This document shows, piece by piece, positions 45,880 through 59,400 of a stretch of DNA of 64,000 nucleotides. The stretch lies in contig CM097885.1 of NCBI GenBank assembly GCA_044892525.1, forward strand, positions 42,658,001 through 42,722,000, in the 5' to 3' direction. The DNA comes from Schmidtea polychroa (lineage: Eukaryota). Both the position numbers and the translations under genes were made by a program. The notes below the pieces were generated by a model that worked only from the letters and a program-made list of their open reading frames with translations, searched no databases and was not told the origin of the DNA. Numbering within the stretch: the stretch's first letter is position 1; each line of letters starts with the position of its first letter.

Positions 45880-47704
45880 CCTGAACCCACAAAGAAATCA
45901 AAAAGCAGTCATTCAATAGATTCGTATTTTTAGAAAGAAACTCTTTGTGAGATTTTGGCGAAATTTGCAGCGAAAGATGGTTTTTCCATACACGCAATTT
46001 TGAATTCAGAGGGTATACGAGAATACATCAGATGGAAAAAAATGGAAATGCCCAACAGTCCATCAACAGTAGGAAGTTTAATCTATGAATTCTATGAGCA
46101 CGAAAAAAGTGAAACTATTCAAAAATTGAAAGAGACAGGAAATTGGTGGAAAATATTCAATAAGCATCGATGAATGGTCAGATTGTCAACAACGCAAATA
46201 TTTGAATATTACATTACACGAGCCTAAAGAAGACACTGTTTTGGGATTGAAATCTGTGGAAGGATCATGTGACGCCGAAAGGACAACTGATCTTGTCACA
46301 GAATTTTTAGATGAATTTGAATTGGATTTGGAAAATGATATTGTAGCAGCCAGCAATGATGGAACTGCAGTAATGGTGAAATATGGAAAACTCAACAAAA
46401 ATATTTATCAAATCTTCTACAATCACGTTATTCATAATTCTGTGGTGAAAGTTTTCTATGAAAATAAATCAACTCACGTTGGTTCAGAAATTGGTCAAGA
46501 AATTGAGGTCGTAGAAGACGAAGATGACACCGAATATGAGGGATCAAAAGGCCGAGATGCATTTTTCAATGATTTGGATTCAGAACCAGATTACGCAGAA
46601 GTTCAGAGCATTAGTGAGGTGTTGAAGCAAACTAGAAAAATTGTCAAGTTCTTTAAATACTCGTCTGTTCGCAAATCAATTTTTCAAAAGCATGTATTGA
46701 AGCAAAAAGGCAAAAACTTGAATCTAATTTTGGATTGTAAAATAAGATGGAAATCTACAGATCAAATGGTTGCACGATTCATAAAGCTTGAGAAACCTAT
46801 CAATGATACGCTAATAGAAATTGGTCAAGAAATTTTACCCAAAGAACATTTCAGTATTCTGACAACAATTAGCCAAATACTTGCACTTGCTGCTGAAGTC
46901 ATTAATGAGCTAAGCAAAAACAACAGTAATTTGTTAACTGCTGAAGGTTCGATTGCATACTTATTTGAGACCCTGAATGAAAATCAACATCCGCTTGCTG
47001 CAGAGCTCGTCTCAGAATTGAAAGACAAACTTTTAGCTAGACGAAACAAAAAAGTCGTGTCTTTGTTATATTTCCTTCACAATGGTGCATATGCAAAAAG
47101 AAATAAGTTCTTGTAGTATTCAAGCAAAGAAGAAGTTAAATCATTTGCCGAACAATTACACCAAAAGTTTTCTTTAAACAATAAAGAAAAGGAAAACTCA
47201 AGCTCAGAAGACGAAACACAACCTGACAAAACTATGCAGAGAGAAAATAAGCTACAGGAATCAATTAACAAAGTTTTGAATGCAAAGAAAGTTTCAAATA
47301 AAGTTTCTATCAAAAGTGAGATGTCACAATATGAAAGTTCTGATACTAAATCTGCAAATTTGGAAAAGTTATATGATTCTTACTGACAATTAAACCAACA
47401 TCAACAGCTTCTGAACGAATTTTTTCCATATCTGGATTCATTTGCTCTAAAATTCGAAATCGAATGTCAACAAGAATGCTGAACGCTTTAGTATTTTTAC
47501 GATATTATTTTTTAAAGAAAATCGAAAAGTAAATGTTTAAAGAGAAAACTTAATTTACAATAATTTATGCAAAATCTTTAGTTTTGATAGTAATAAAAAA
47601 TTATTTGATATAAAAATTTAGAAAAATCATAAAAATTTATTTAAAAATACATGAAAATCCAGGGATCCCGAATTTTCCAAATCCCGGGATTTTTGGAAAC
47701 CCTA
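45880..47704 (+). pseudogene. hAT transposon remnant (disrupted transposase plus right end)
   Basis: SIDEWS, YNHVIH, LDCKIRW and the C-terminal dimerisation motif IKPTSTASERIFS. Ends in a TIR-like CCGGGATTTTTGGAAACCCTA at 47704. Confidence 0.88.
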
Positions 47705-47741
47705 TTACTAATCAACTGTTACATTTCTAATAATTTTAACC

Positions 47742-48334
47742 TGTTTTGGGGTTCGACGTGAGGCACAAAAACAAGATGAAAATCTATAAAAAATGAATAT
47801 TTTCCTAGGGAAACTGGTATGGACGGATGCCTAACAATGAGACGAGTTCATATATAATAAAAAATAAAGTCAGTTGGGTCCCTAGAAGTAAATAATTACA
47901 AAAAACTAAAATTAATTAAAAAATTAATTAAGTAAAAGAAAACTCGAGCCAATGAAAAACCCTAGTAGTGTGAGAGGACCCGAGTGATCAATCTTATTAG
48001 GTAGAGGCAATCGAATTAGCCGACGATGAATTAAATTGGGGTAGGCTATCAAAAAATGAATAAATTTCCCAGACCAATTAGGTCGGCAAAACAAAATTAC
48101 CAAAAGTAATTTGATGAAGAGATAATATAATTACGAGATGGGTAAAAAAACCGTTTGGTCGAAGAAAGAAGAGTGATATTACAATGACAGGGAGTAAAAG
48201 CGAATTTAACTTTAGTGCTAACCAAATAATTTTGAATTTAGTGTACTAGAAAGGGACATCTACCGTTGGATGATTTATCACTGGACAAGATTGAGGTTGA
48301 AATTGATGTATCCAGAGTAAAAAGGTATTTTAAG
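47742..48334 (+). mobile_element. Diverged LTR fragment of the Gypsy family at 19871-21566
   Basis: Starts TGTT and shares GGGAAACTGGTATG, AACAATGAGACGAGTTCA, TTACGAGATGGGTA and CCGTTGGA blocks in the same order. Confidence 0.75.
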
Positions 48335-49271
48335 CAGTGGTTTCCAACCCTATAATATCTACAAATAAATAAAACTTCATATTGTAACGAAACTGTAAAA
48401 ATTTATCCGAAGAGAAGATTTTAAAATTGGCGCCTTTGCAACTCTCTGTTTCGGTAATGCACAAAACGCCCGCTAGTTGCACGAAACAATAAGCTCAAAT
48501 TTATACGTCACTCGTCGCAAAATTTGTCAACTGAAGCGAATTGGTGGGGGGTGTTATTGTTATTATCGTGATTTCTTTCTGAAAATAATCGTTAGTATAT
48601 TGAGCGGTTTGAATAAATCAATGCAGAGATAACTTTTTATGGCTAGTCGAACTTCATTTTGAGATTGTTCTTGTAAAATATTGTTACTTTGAAGTGCATA
48701 ATATGTCGGCGTTGGGTTCGTGTGAGGGTTTGTAGAGTACTTCTATATTTCAGTAGTCATAAAAAAAGAGAAAAATCTAATGTTTTGAGATATTTTTCTA
48801 GGTTTTATAAATTTTTTCAAGCAAAAAAAAATACGTAATCGGTCGCGTGGGGTCTTTACAAGCCCTCGCGCGAACAAAAGTCTGCTCTACTCAGGCGTCG
48901 TGCTCAAACTCAGCCGCGCATATATTGCAAAGTGCGTACTTGTTATTTAGGCAGCTACTGAGACACACAAACCTGTAACTTAAATAATTAAAAAGTTATG
49001 TCAGTTTTTCTAAGCTCGAGGCCTTTAAAGACCCCACGCAACCGACGATGTAAGAAAAATGGGTGCTACCGACGTAGTGTTAATTAGTAATTTAATATAC
49101 AAATAAATATACATGTTCTTATGTTATAGCAAAACCTTGTTTTTATTCTGTTAATTGTAGTTTTAATTTTTTTTGTATTAAAGTTATTATTGTTTAAAAC
49201 GTGTTTATATTATTATATATATATTAAAAAAAAATGTGGAGGCGCGGTAGCATAAAGGTTGGAAACCGCTG
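48335..49271. mobile_element. hAT-type non-autonomous element
   Basis: TIR CAG(T/C)GGTTTCCAACC (14/15 match) and a degenerate 8-bp TSD, ATTTTAAG/ATTTAAAA. Confidence 0.7.
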
Positions 49272-50453
49272 ATTTAAAATGAATTAAACTGAAATTGTAT
49301 TATTGGCAGACCAAAAAAATTGAAATGTGAACAAAATAAATGAAATATGCACCAAATTTAATTGAACTGAACCAATATTTTACTCGAAAATGAACCAAAT
49401 ATAATACCATTTGAACCAAATTATGGATACAACCAATCGAAGAAATACTGAACCAATTTAAATTGTTTAGCACCAAATTTAGTTTTAAATGAACCCACAA
49501 TTAAATAATAATTTATTTATTTCAATTCAATTTCTGAATTATTTAAAAATTCATGTAGTCACTGTTGAATCCGAGCTGGTTTGACTTTGTGTGGCCTTCC
49601 CCGTTTTCTTTTTGTTCCGATTGATATGGTTTTAACGGCAGGTGGAGAATTAACAAAATTAAGGTGAATAACAAGTTCAGTTTGACATCCAAAAGTTTTC
49701 TTTTGAAAACCCTGTTACTTTCCAGACTGAACTTTACCATTCCTTGTATTCCTCAAAAATTTTCCACTTTTTGTTTCTGATTTCTTTTCATATTCAACGA
49801 TTTCTTCTTCATGATTGTTGCTGTTAGAATTAGATGGCAATATATAAAAAGTTTCTTTTCCTTTTCTCTTACCAGTGTTGTTGGATACGGGCTGGTAAAA
49901 AGATAATGTCCACAATTTCAAACTTGGCTTTGGCACCTCAAAAAATAACTTGCTATTTCAGCTGTGGGATTTCTTGATTTGACTGATCTCCGGTCAATTG
50001 CAATATTACAAAAAGAGGTCGTTCATTAAAAGTGTTTTTTTATTGTTTCTTTGACTGCTTCAAGTCCATTGTTAGTATACAGCGTTCTAGAAATGACGCC
50101 CTCAAACCAGTTAGAGTAATCCAGCTTTTCATGAAGTAATCACAAAAGCTTGAAACTGCGTTTTGTGGACTATTGGACCATTTTTTGAAGAATAATCTGG
50201 ATGCATGAATGAAATTTTCACGACTGAATGCAGTCTGCATAATCTCAATGTCATGGCGAACTTGCATGAGAATATAATTGTCTTCAATTAAAAACAATTT
50301 TTTGTCTACATAATGCAGTGTGCCGAGCACATGAGCCATAAAATTTCGTGTTGTGCCTAATAAAAATGTTGATTTATAAAAATACCAAAATAATAATTAT
50401 TTTGCCTAAAAAAATATGAAAATATAGAAAAAGTATATATAAAAAAATATTAT

Positions 50454-50561
<108 letters not shown>

Positions 50562-50662
50562 TATATAAATATTAAAAAAAGAGTTTATCCGACAAGATAT
50601 TTTGTCCCCCTATAGGTATTAATCGCAAGGGTACTGGTCACACACAACATGTCGCAATGGTA

Positions 50663-50743
<81 letters not shown>

Positions 50744-50776
50744 ATGATGATTGCTTGGTAGCAGCATTTATTATTT

Positions 50777-52141
50777 AAAACAATAAAATGATAATTTAAG
50801 CCTTTTGCTGCAAATAATGTATTTAATGAAAGAATTTTCGACTATACAATAGTCCTTGTCAATCTCCTGGAATTTAGCAATGTTCTTCCCCAAAATACCT
50901 TTCAATCTTTCTTTTATTTCCTTTCTCTTAATTCTCATTGGTTGTAAATATAATGAATTGTTTTACTAAAAACTTTTAAAATTTTTTATTACATTTAAAA
51001 TTTCAAAATGACACAAATTAAAAATTTTTAAATTTTTTACAGCTTCTATAATTAGCTTCTAGAAGCCTAATAAAATATTTGAAAATATTTTAAATAAAGC
51101 CTCCAATAACTACTTATATATGCTATTTAAATATTTCAATAAATGTGTCAATTTTGATTTTCAAATCCTATTTTTTTAAATTTTTTTTCTATATTATTCT
51201 AATTATTACTTTTTAATTTATTCTATTTTTTATAATTTCTTTATATATTGTCAGTTATTCTCAAGGTCAATGACAACAGATCAAATTCATGATTTCATTG
51301 ATTTCTTCTTTAGTGTTGATCTTTGGCTGTCTGTTTATGATGAGAATTGCTTCTTTGAATCTGACATTTTTCTTTTGGATGTTTCCATTAGCTATGATTT
51401 CTATTGAAATATTTTTTCTTTCCTCTGTTGGCTGACACTGCCGGAGATGTCTGCCTAACGAGGATGTTCCACCAGGATCTAGATGTTCTTTAACTCTTTG
51501 GTGCAAGGTCCTGAGGGTACTTCCAATGTAGATTTCATTGCATACATTGCACGTGATGCAATAGACGATGTTTTTTCTAAAGCACATATCTTTCGATGTC
51601 TGGCAGTTTTTCATTGTGCAATTGTTTTCTCTATTTATGTTGCCTGCCAGAGCCCTTCTCAATGTCCAAGATTTATGTGCTATCCGAATTGGAAGACCGG
51701 TACGTTTAAGTTCTTTCAGGATCTTGAAGTCGAGTATGTCACTGATGAATGATGATAAAATCAAAATTGACACATTTATTGAAATATTTAAATAGCATAT
51801 ATAAGTGGTTATTGGAGGCTTTATTTAGAATATTTTCAAATATTTTATTAGGCTTCTAGAAGCTAATTATAGAAGCTGTAAAAAATTTAAAAATTTTTAA
51901 TTTGTGTCATTTTGAAATTTTAAATGTAATAAAAATTTTTAAAAGTTTTTAGTAAAACAATTCATTATATTTACAACCAATGAGAATTAAGAGAAAGGAA
52001 ATAAAAGAAAGATTGAAAGGTATTTTGGGGAAGAACATTGCTAAATTCCAGGAGATTGACAAGGACTATCGTATAGTCGAAAATTCTTTCATTAAATACA
52101 TTATTTGCAGCAAAAGGCTTAAATTATCATTTTATTGTTTT
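50777..52141 (-). mobile_element. 5'-truncated Penelope-like retroelement with inverted pseudo-LTRs
   Basis: GIY-YIG ORF flanked by ~385-bp inverted repeats (50777-51161 and 51757-52141). Confidence 0.85.
51267..51745 (-). pseudogene. Penelope GIY-YIG endonuclease, C-terminal fragment
   Basis: NIVYCITCNVCNEIYIGSTLRTLHQRVKEH...EAILIINRQPKINTK. Confidence 0.9.
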
Positions 52142-52851
52142 ATTATTATTATTATTATTATTATTAATATTTTTTTAATTTTTTGAATTATTATTTATAT
52201 TAATTTATATTAAAAAATTATAATTATTTTGCTATTTTTATTAGGCACCACAAGCGTAAAGTTTCATTACCAAAAGCAGAAATAAAGCCATTGGTGATGG
52301 ATGATGCATCACCAGCACGGAGAAGTTTTGACAGAAAGTTGTTCAAAACTTCGAAAACAGCATCTTTGAAGGATGTGAACAAAAATGAGACATCTGCTTC
52401 CTTGATAAAAAAGCCAAACCGTATAGATGAAACTGTCGCTAATTATCTGTTGTACCAGCAATTAAAACTGGAAAGCCGTGCCATATTAATTTGTACGTAG
52501 CATCAACTTGAATTTTTTTGTCATTAAAGTATTTTGAAGTAACTTCTTTGTTGTCACCGCTATCCAAAAATGTGTTTGATTCTGATGTATCATATTTGCA
52601 GTGAAGACCACATACAAATGTTGAATCTTCATCCTCTGGTATGTCGTGGTGATTTACAGCCCACTCGCCTAACTTTATTATATTATCAACTGAATAAACT
52701 CTTGCTGATTCTCTTTATTTCTGTTTTCTTTTTAGTTTCTCCTGTTCAATTTTATTCAAATATTTCTTTTAAATTGTTCTCTCAATGGCTTCTCCAAACT
52801 GTTTGTTAATACAATTCTCCCACGTCTTCTTAATTTTATAACTCGTACTCT

Positions 52852-53409
52852 CTATTGTTTCTCTCTTTTTTTGCTTCTGCTGTGCCACCTCCTTTTATAC
52901 CTCGTCAATTTGTGGCACTTCAGTGTTCTGGTTGGCGTAGTCCTTTCTGGTAATTTGGCAATAGTTGCCCCACTTTTCAATTGATCATCTATTTTGTCTA
53001 TTTCAATTAATATTTTACCTTGTTCAACTTCAAATTTTAAGTTACAGGTTTGCAAAAGATCTGATTTGTTCTTGAATAAATTAGACATTGCATTGAAGAA
53101 ATTTTGTTCGATTTTCTCTAAAACATTTCCAATATAATTCATTATAGAATCGGAATCCGTGAGTGACGTAAAATTTCTTCCATCGAATTCGACTTTAATT
53201 TTTTTACATAATTTATCTACTATAATTCGGCAATTATGACCATTTATTAATAATGCAGCAAAATGCAAGTTATCATTTCCAAAGTTCTCTACATTGAGAT
53301 ATTTTAGAGAATCCATGCATTCGAATGAATCTTTGGAATAACAATAAGAATTTTTAGCTAGCGAAAAACAACCCAATTGAGGTTTTTGCATATCGTTTAT
53401 TTTACTCAT
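52852..53409 (-). CDS. Hypothetical protein (185 aa); host exon or transposon remnant
   Basis: Long non-repetitive ATG-initiated ORF in AT-rich DNA; no motif recognised. Confidence 0.35.
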   Translation of the reverse strand: MSKINDMQKPQLGCFSLAKNSYCYSKDSFECMDSLKYLNVENFGNDNLHFAALLINGHNCRIIVDKLCKKIKVEFDGRNFTSLTDSDSIMNYIGNVLEKIEQNFFNAMSNLFKNKSDLLQTCNLKFEVEQGKILIEIDKIDDQLKSGATIAKLPERTTPTRTLKCHKLTRYKRRWHSRSKKREKQ

Positions 53410-55582
53410 AAAAATATTCTGATGAATAAGTCAAATTGCAGGTAAAGATATTTTTAATTTTAATTACAAGGTTTTTAATTTGAATTACAAAAATTTACAG
53501 ATCTGAGTAAAACAAAAATATATATATAATAGAAACTACATAAAAAATGTAAATATAATCAGATCAGGTAAACATATTCAACAGGCATTTCTCATTTACA
53601 AAATGTTAACTAAAAATAATAATTTCATATAGTCCGATTATTTCTAAAGATTTTACAGCCTGCCGATTTGTCCATGAACCAATTTGACCATTGTCATTCG
53701 CATACAATATTTGAGGAAATGATATCCTTTGCCGCTCTGATCCTTTTTTGCATAATCACATTGATCAGAATTTGTAAAGACGTGAGGTGGTTTGATAAAA
53801 AGATCTATTCGGGTTCATATTATTGTTAGGATTTGTTACGTATTTCGCGAATTGTAATGGATGAGGGTGTTGGTCTATGAGAGCCAACACTAAAATTATT
53901 GGGAGCCGAATACAGTTTACCTTGATAATGATAACATGGCATCGAATTTGCTTTACTCGCCTGAGATTGATTAATAGAGCCTGATTGATAAGTAGAAGTA
54001 TTAGCTGATCGCACGAATTTTGATTGACTGTAATTGTGTTCTGCTTGGTCCTTTTTCGCTGGTGACCGCGCATTTATAGATATAATATAATATAATATAG
54101 TATAATAGGTATATAGATATTGTTAAGGCCGTGTAACGGCTCACTACATTCAGTTTATCTCCAATTTCACATTTTTTTCTCCAACATGATTTCCGGTTTT
54201 CCCTGCGACCGAGTTATCTTTGGCAGCTGTCGCAATATTTATAATTTTTTCTATTTGCGTCTCCGCCTGTTTTTGTTTCCCTTATCTCTGACAAGCTGTC
54301 GAGATAAGAATATTGTTGTTTTTCTGTTTTCCTGATTTCAAAATTCCTTTTCCTTTTTATACTAATTAATTAGTACTGACCTTGGTTTTTATTTTCCTGT
54401 TGATTTCTTTTGTTTCCTTCCTCTTCCTCATTTCTTTTTGCTTCCATTTTCTTTTCTGAGTTCCCATAGATCGTCCCGCTTGCATGACGATCTTCGCCCA
54501 AGTAATTTAATTTATTTGTTTAGGTATCCTCAACAATACTGATAGAAATTGGATATTGTAAATTTTGACCTTTCATTGTCATACACAATTCACTGACATT
54601 CACCACTAATTGTGCATTTGAAATATTCTGTGTTTTGTGGACTCTAAATCTTCTCCAGGACTTTTGATTTGCTTCTTGAGAACAATTGAACTGAATTCCA
54701 ATCAATATTTTTGCCCCGTGTGTTTTCATATTTTTCCTGTACAAGAATTTTGAGTGTCAGATTTATCTGTTATTTTCATAAAAGGTACCCTTCAAACCAA
54801 TCTTCTGTAATCATTGTTATTTGTAAAACTTTTATGTAAGGACTTCTTGTAAAACGGTTCCGTTGAAATATTTTAATTTTGTTCAAATTAATTTGCTGCA
54901 TAAAAAATTAATTTGGTTCATTATGTATTTATTTAATTGATGCAATATTAATAAAAAATTTGTTTAAATTCAATTAATTTGGTACTTCAATAAATGGTAG
55001 CCTTTTTGAACTGTGTAATAAATAAGTGATAATTTCGAATAAATATTATTGGGTTGGGTTATTCGATTTGCTTAATAACAGGACATGAAGCCAGACAGCG
55101 ATACCGATTTGTAAAAAATACCCAACGCCTGTTAACCGGACAGTCCTCTCTCCAATTGCAACGGTCGCTTTTCCAAAAAATCAAGTCGAAACATGTACTA
55201 ATGACTCACAAAAATAAACGTCCCGCCCGTTTCGGAGCAAAACAAATATTTTGAGGACGTTTCTAAGAGTCATATCCCGTAGTCACTACTATTTACTCGG
55301 ACGTATATATACGCCACAGGTATGGAATGGGTCTCAACGCACAAATGTTGAATAATCCAATCATCTAAGAACCACATTCAACACCTTAACATGATTCAAA
55401 ACTTAATCGAAAGATATCAATACAAATTATCTTATTAAATATATTTTATAACAGTCAACTTTATTAATTCATTATTCAATAATTACACGCAAACTATTTG
55501 ATGAAAATTCCACATTTGATCACAATTAACATTTTACAGATCAAAACTCATTTAAATTATATAAAAAAACGATAAATCTAAT

Positions 55583-56125
55583 TTATTTCGGCACATAATA
55601 ATTAACAGCAGACACATTTCTTGTTATAAAGGATGGTTGGTGGGAAAACGGCATCTGATGAATTGCGCCTGGGCCTTGTGCTTCGATTTCACTTCTAGGT
55701 TTAACTTCAAAATTTGGAGCAGTAAGATTATTTCTATCATGAGGAAATTTTACACCAGTAAAAGATTTAAGAACAGGTAAAGATTGCAGATTAATAGATT
55801 CACTAGATTCTTTAATAGCATCCAAAGTAGTCTGAGAGTTAAATTCGATATTTGACAGAACACGTTTTGTAGCAACTTCAATTTCTGTTTCAGTCATTTC
55901 ATTACGGTTAGCATATTTCATTAATTCCTTAGCTTCATATAAAATGTCTCTAGTAATTTCTATAATCATAATTAACTTCAATAAAAATGAAATTAGGAAA
56001 ATACTATAAATAGGCTCGAGAAGAATGGAACAAACATCATCGCTACATTCCATTCCATATTCGCGAAATAAAACCTTTAAACTACTATATCCTTCAGGAA
56101 CAATGCTCTCCTGAGTATCATCCAT
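55583..56125 (-). CDS. TAF9: TFIID subunit 9 (histone-fold TAF)
   Basis: ITRDILYEAK..YANR..IEVA; INLQSLP..GVKFPHDRNNLTAPNF resembles the TAF9 LPPDRYCLTAPNY motif. An in-frame 45-nt GT..AG intron lies at 55960-56004. Confidence 0.85.
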   Translation of the reverse strand: MDDTQESIVPEGYSSLKVLFREYGMECSDDVCSILLEPIYSIFLISFLLKLIMIIEITRDILYEAKELMKYANRNEMTETEIEVATKRVLSNIEFNSQTTLDAIKESSESINLQSLPVLKSFTGVKFPHDRNNLTAPNFEVKPRSEIEAQGPGAIHQMPFSHQPSFITRNVSAVNYYVPK

Positions 56126-56467
56126 AATTTATAATATTTAATTTCAAATTAAATACTAAACAATATTTAAACAATCATTATAATGTATTGGGTATTCAAA
56201 ATATTTTGAAACAATTTAATATTTTTTGCATGGTATAGCTATTTTCTGCTTCTTTAATTAAAAAAAAACTAATAAATTTTAAATTAATACTGGTAAAATT
56301 AATTTATATAGAATATCTATGTTAGTATTTATAAGAAATAATACATTTTCAGAAAATGTTGATATAATTTAATTTGTTTAATTACATTAATTTTATTTAA
56401 ATTATTCGAAAAAGTGATTATTAACGTTAAAATATTTGTTTACTTTATTTTATAGACGATTTAGGAT

Positions 56468-59400
56468 ATGCATTCAAAACGAAAGGCATCAGATGATAAT
56501 GGTAGCCTATATTTAGGAAGTTATCAACAATTTATTAAAATTCAGAAATTGTATTGCCGGCAAAATTTAGCCGGATTGATGAAGTATTGTCAAGAGGAAA
56601 TAATTCATTGATGCAGCTAAATGAAATTGGAATTAAAGGATTGAAATGGTCGATTGAACAAATTAATAATGTACACCCACAGCGGTTTAAAGCATCCTGC
56701 GTATTTAGTGAGCCATTTTCCGGATGTTATGAAGTGATTCCATCTGGGTTTTCTTTCTACTGTGAAGGCTTAAGCAAAGCGTTCTGTAAGCATGATATTG
56801 CTAATCAAATAATGGATCGATTATCGGGAAAGGTAAATACAACATTAAAGAAAATATTCACATTCATTATTATTATTAATAACAGTATTTGCCTCCTGAA
56901 GCCACGATAATCACACCAAAAATCATTAACACATCGCCGGTCAAGGATCTGTCAAAAGTCAGTCAAAAAAACATTAATGGCGAGGTGGTAACGCAAGATT
57001 CGGCTGTAAGAATTCTCAACGAGAAAACACAAGATATTGAATATATATTCACGTTGAATGAGAATGGATACTGTTGCCATGTTTCATTTAGAGGATTCGT
57101 TTTTAAAGTTGGTTATTATTTTTTGCTAGAAATTTATTTTATTGGTCGATTATCTAATTCTGTACCTCATTACAATGAGTGAGGCAATTGTGGATTTCTT
57201 TGGAAACGCTTCATGAGATTTGCAAGTAACTCGCTGATTATTTGAGATGCGAGGATCACCCCGACGAATTTTAATGATATTTTCAGTCGATTTTATTTAA
57301 AAATATTAAATTATCAAAATTTACCTTTATATTTTATAAATAAATTATTAATAATCATTATAAATAAAAATTATATAAATAATAATTTAAAAAAATTAAA
57401 TAATAATAATGTAATTATAGTAAATTATAAAAATAAAAAATTATAAGTAAAAAATTATAAAATATTTTTTTAAAAAAATAATAATAATACAAATACATAA
57501 ATGATAATATAAAAAATAATAAATTATAAAAATAATAAAAAATGAATAAAAAGAAATAATAAATAAAAGATAAATAATTAAAAAATGTATTAAAAAATAA
57601 TAATACAAATATATAAATGATAATCTAAAAATTAATAAATTATAAAAATAATAAAAATATAAAAAAAATAAAAATATAAAAAAATTTATAAACAATTTAG
57701 TAAATAAAAGATAAATAATTAAAAAATGTATTAAATAATAATAATAATTTAAATATATTAAATAGTAAAACAGTATATATAATTTAACAAAGTAAAAGTA
57801 AATTTTAAATAAATATCAAATAGAAAACAATATAAAGGTTTAATAAAAAAATAATAAAATAATAATATTATAGAAAGTGAAAATATAATATAGTTAATAT
57901 ACAAAAATTATTAATAAAAAATAATAAGTAAATAATTATGAAAAGTAAAAATAATGTTAAAAATCATAAATTATAAAAATTAAAAAATAGTTATAAAAAA
58001 TAAAACTAATAAATTAGGAAAAAACAGAATGAAAAATTAATTTAAATAAAAAAGTAATAAATAAAAATAATTAACGAAATAATAAAAAAAATAGTAATAA
58101 ATAATAAAGTTAATATAAAAAAATAATTTTAAAAAGTAATAATAATAAAAAATATAAATGTTAAAAATAAAAAATTATAAAAATAAAAGTAAATAATAAA
58201 ACTGTATTAAAATAATCATAATAATTTAAATATACTAAATAACAAAAAAATAGTAAAAACAATAAATAAAATACAACGGAGTAAAAGTAAATATAAAGAA
58301 AATAATAATAAATTGTATTAAAATAAAAGGTAAATCATAAAAAAATAGTAAAATGAATAAAGAATTGAATCAATAATTGATTGCTGGGTGCAGGGCTCAG
58401 GGACCAATAAGAAAAGTGCCAAGCGTGACGTTGCCAGCAAGATATTACAGAAATGCTATAAAATCTCCGTGGCAGATGAAAGTAAGTGTTGCCCTAGTAA
58501 CCAATGATCAAGTAACCAATGAGCATTCCAGGCAAATATTCCCAGCAGCCGATACTCCCAACAGCGTTACCAAGCACCCCAATCGTTCCCCCGGTTCCCG
58601 ATGCTGACAGTTTGCATATATTATCAGTGATATTATCGCCTCTCACCCCCACCCCTCCTAATGTAGGAATACCGAAAAATCGCCAGAAAAACTTCTCCAA
58701 TCTGATCCAATCGATGGTGAAGAACGGTTACGAGGGGATAGCGAGCACGCTGGAAGTGCAGTATTCCAAACGGAAGGTGCTGTCGGGGCTGGTGATCAGC
58801 AGGCAGCTGAAGGCCGTCTATCCTAGCTATATCCAATCCGCTGGCACCGCTGACACCCAGCAGCAGCGGAGGTCGCGATCCCTGTCCAATCCAATCGATC
58901 CGATCCTATTCCACACGCGCACCGGCTGGCAGCTCAATCCCGATGATCCTGGCGAGATATTGAAGCTGATCACGATCAGCTCGGGCACCAAATGTCTCTC
59001 AGGCAATGAGATCAATGAGAACGGATTGGTTGTCAATGACTCACACGCTGAGATCATATCGAAACGGGCGTTCCAATATTTCCTCTATCAATCGATCAGT
59101 CGATTGCAGGAGGATCATAAGGCAGAATTTGATGATGAGTTATATGGCTGTGATATCCTCCAATCGGTTGACCAAGGTAAATTTGGATCATTGGCCAGTG
59201 AGTGCAGCTCCAAGCAGCCCGCCACCGCCACCGCCACCGTTGCTATGGTAATGAAATTTACTATTGAAATGATGACAAATATTGAAATATTGTAATGAAC
59301 CATTTATCGATCCGATCATATCAATACAAATCGTGCATAATTTCCAGAGAGGGGCAGAGGGGGAGATTATTACATTTTTCGTGAATATATTTCCGTTGCC

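Noticed and set aside
51200..51266. Hammerhead ribozyme downstream of the Penelope ORF
   Set aside because: Only a degenerate CTGACAA...GAAA core with no convincing stems; needs a covariance-model search.
53640..55330. Scattered short ORFs
   Set aside because: They could not be joined into a supported gene or assigned to a family by eye.
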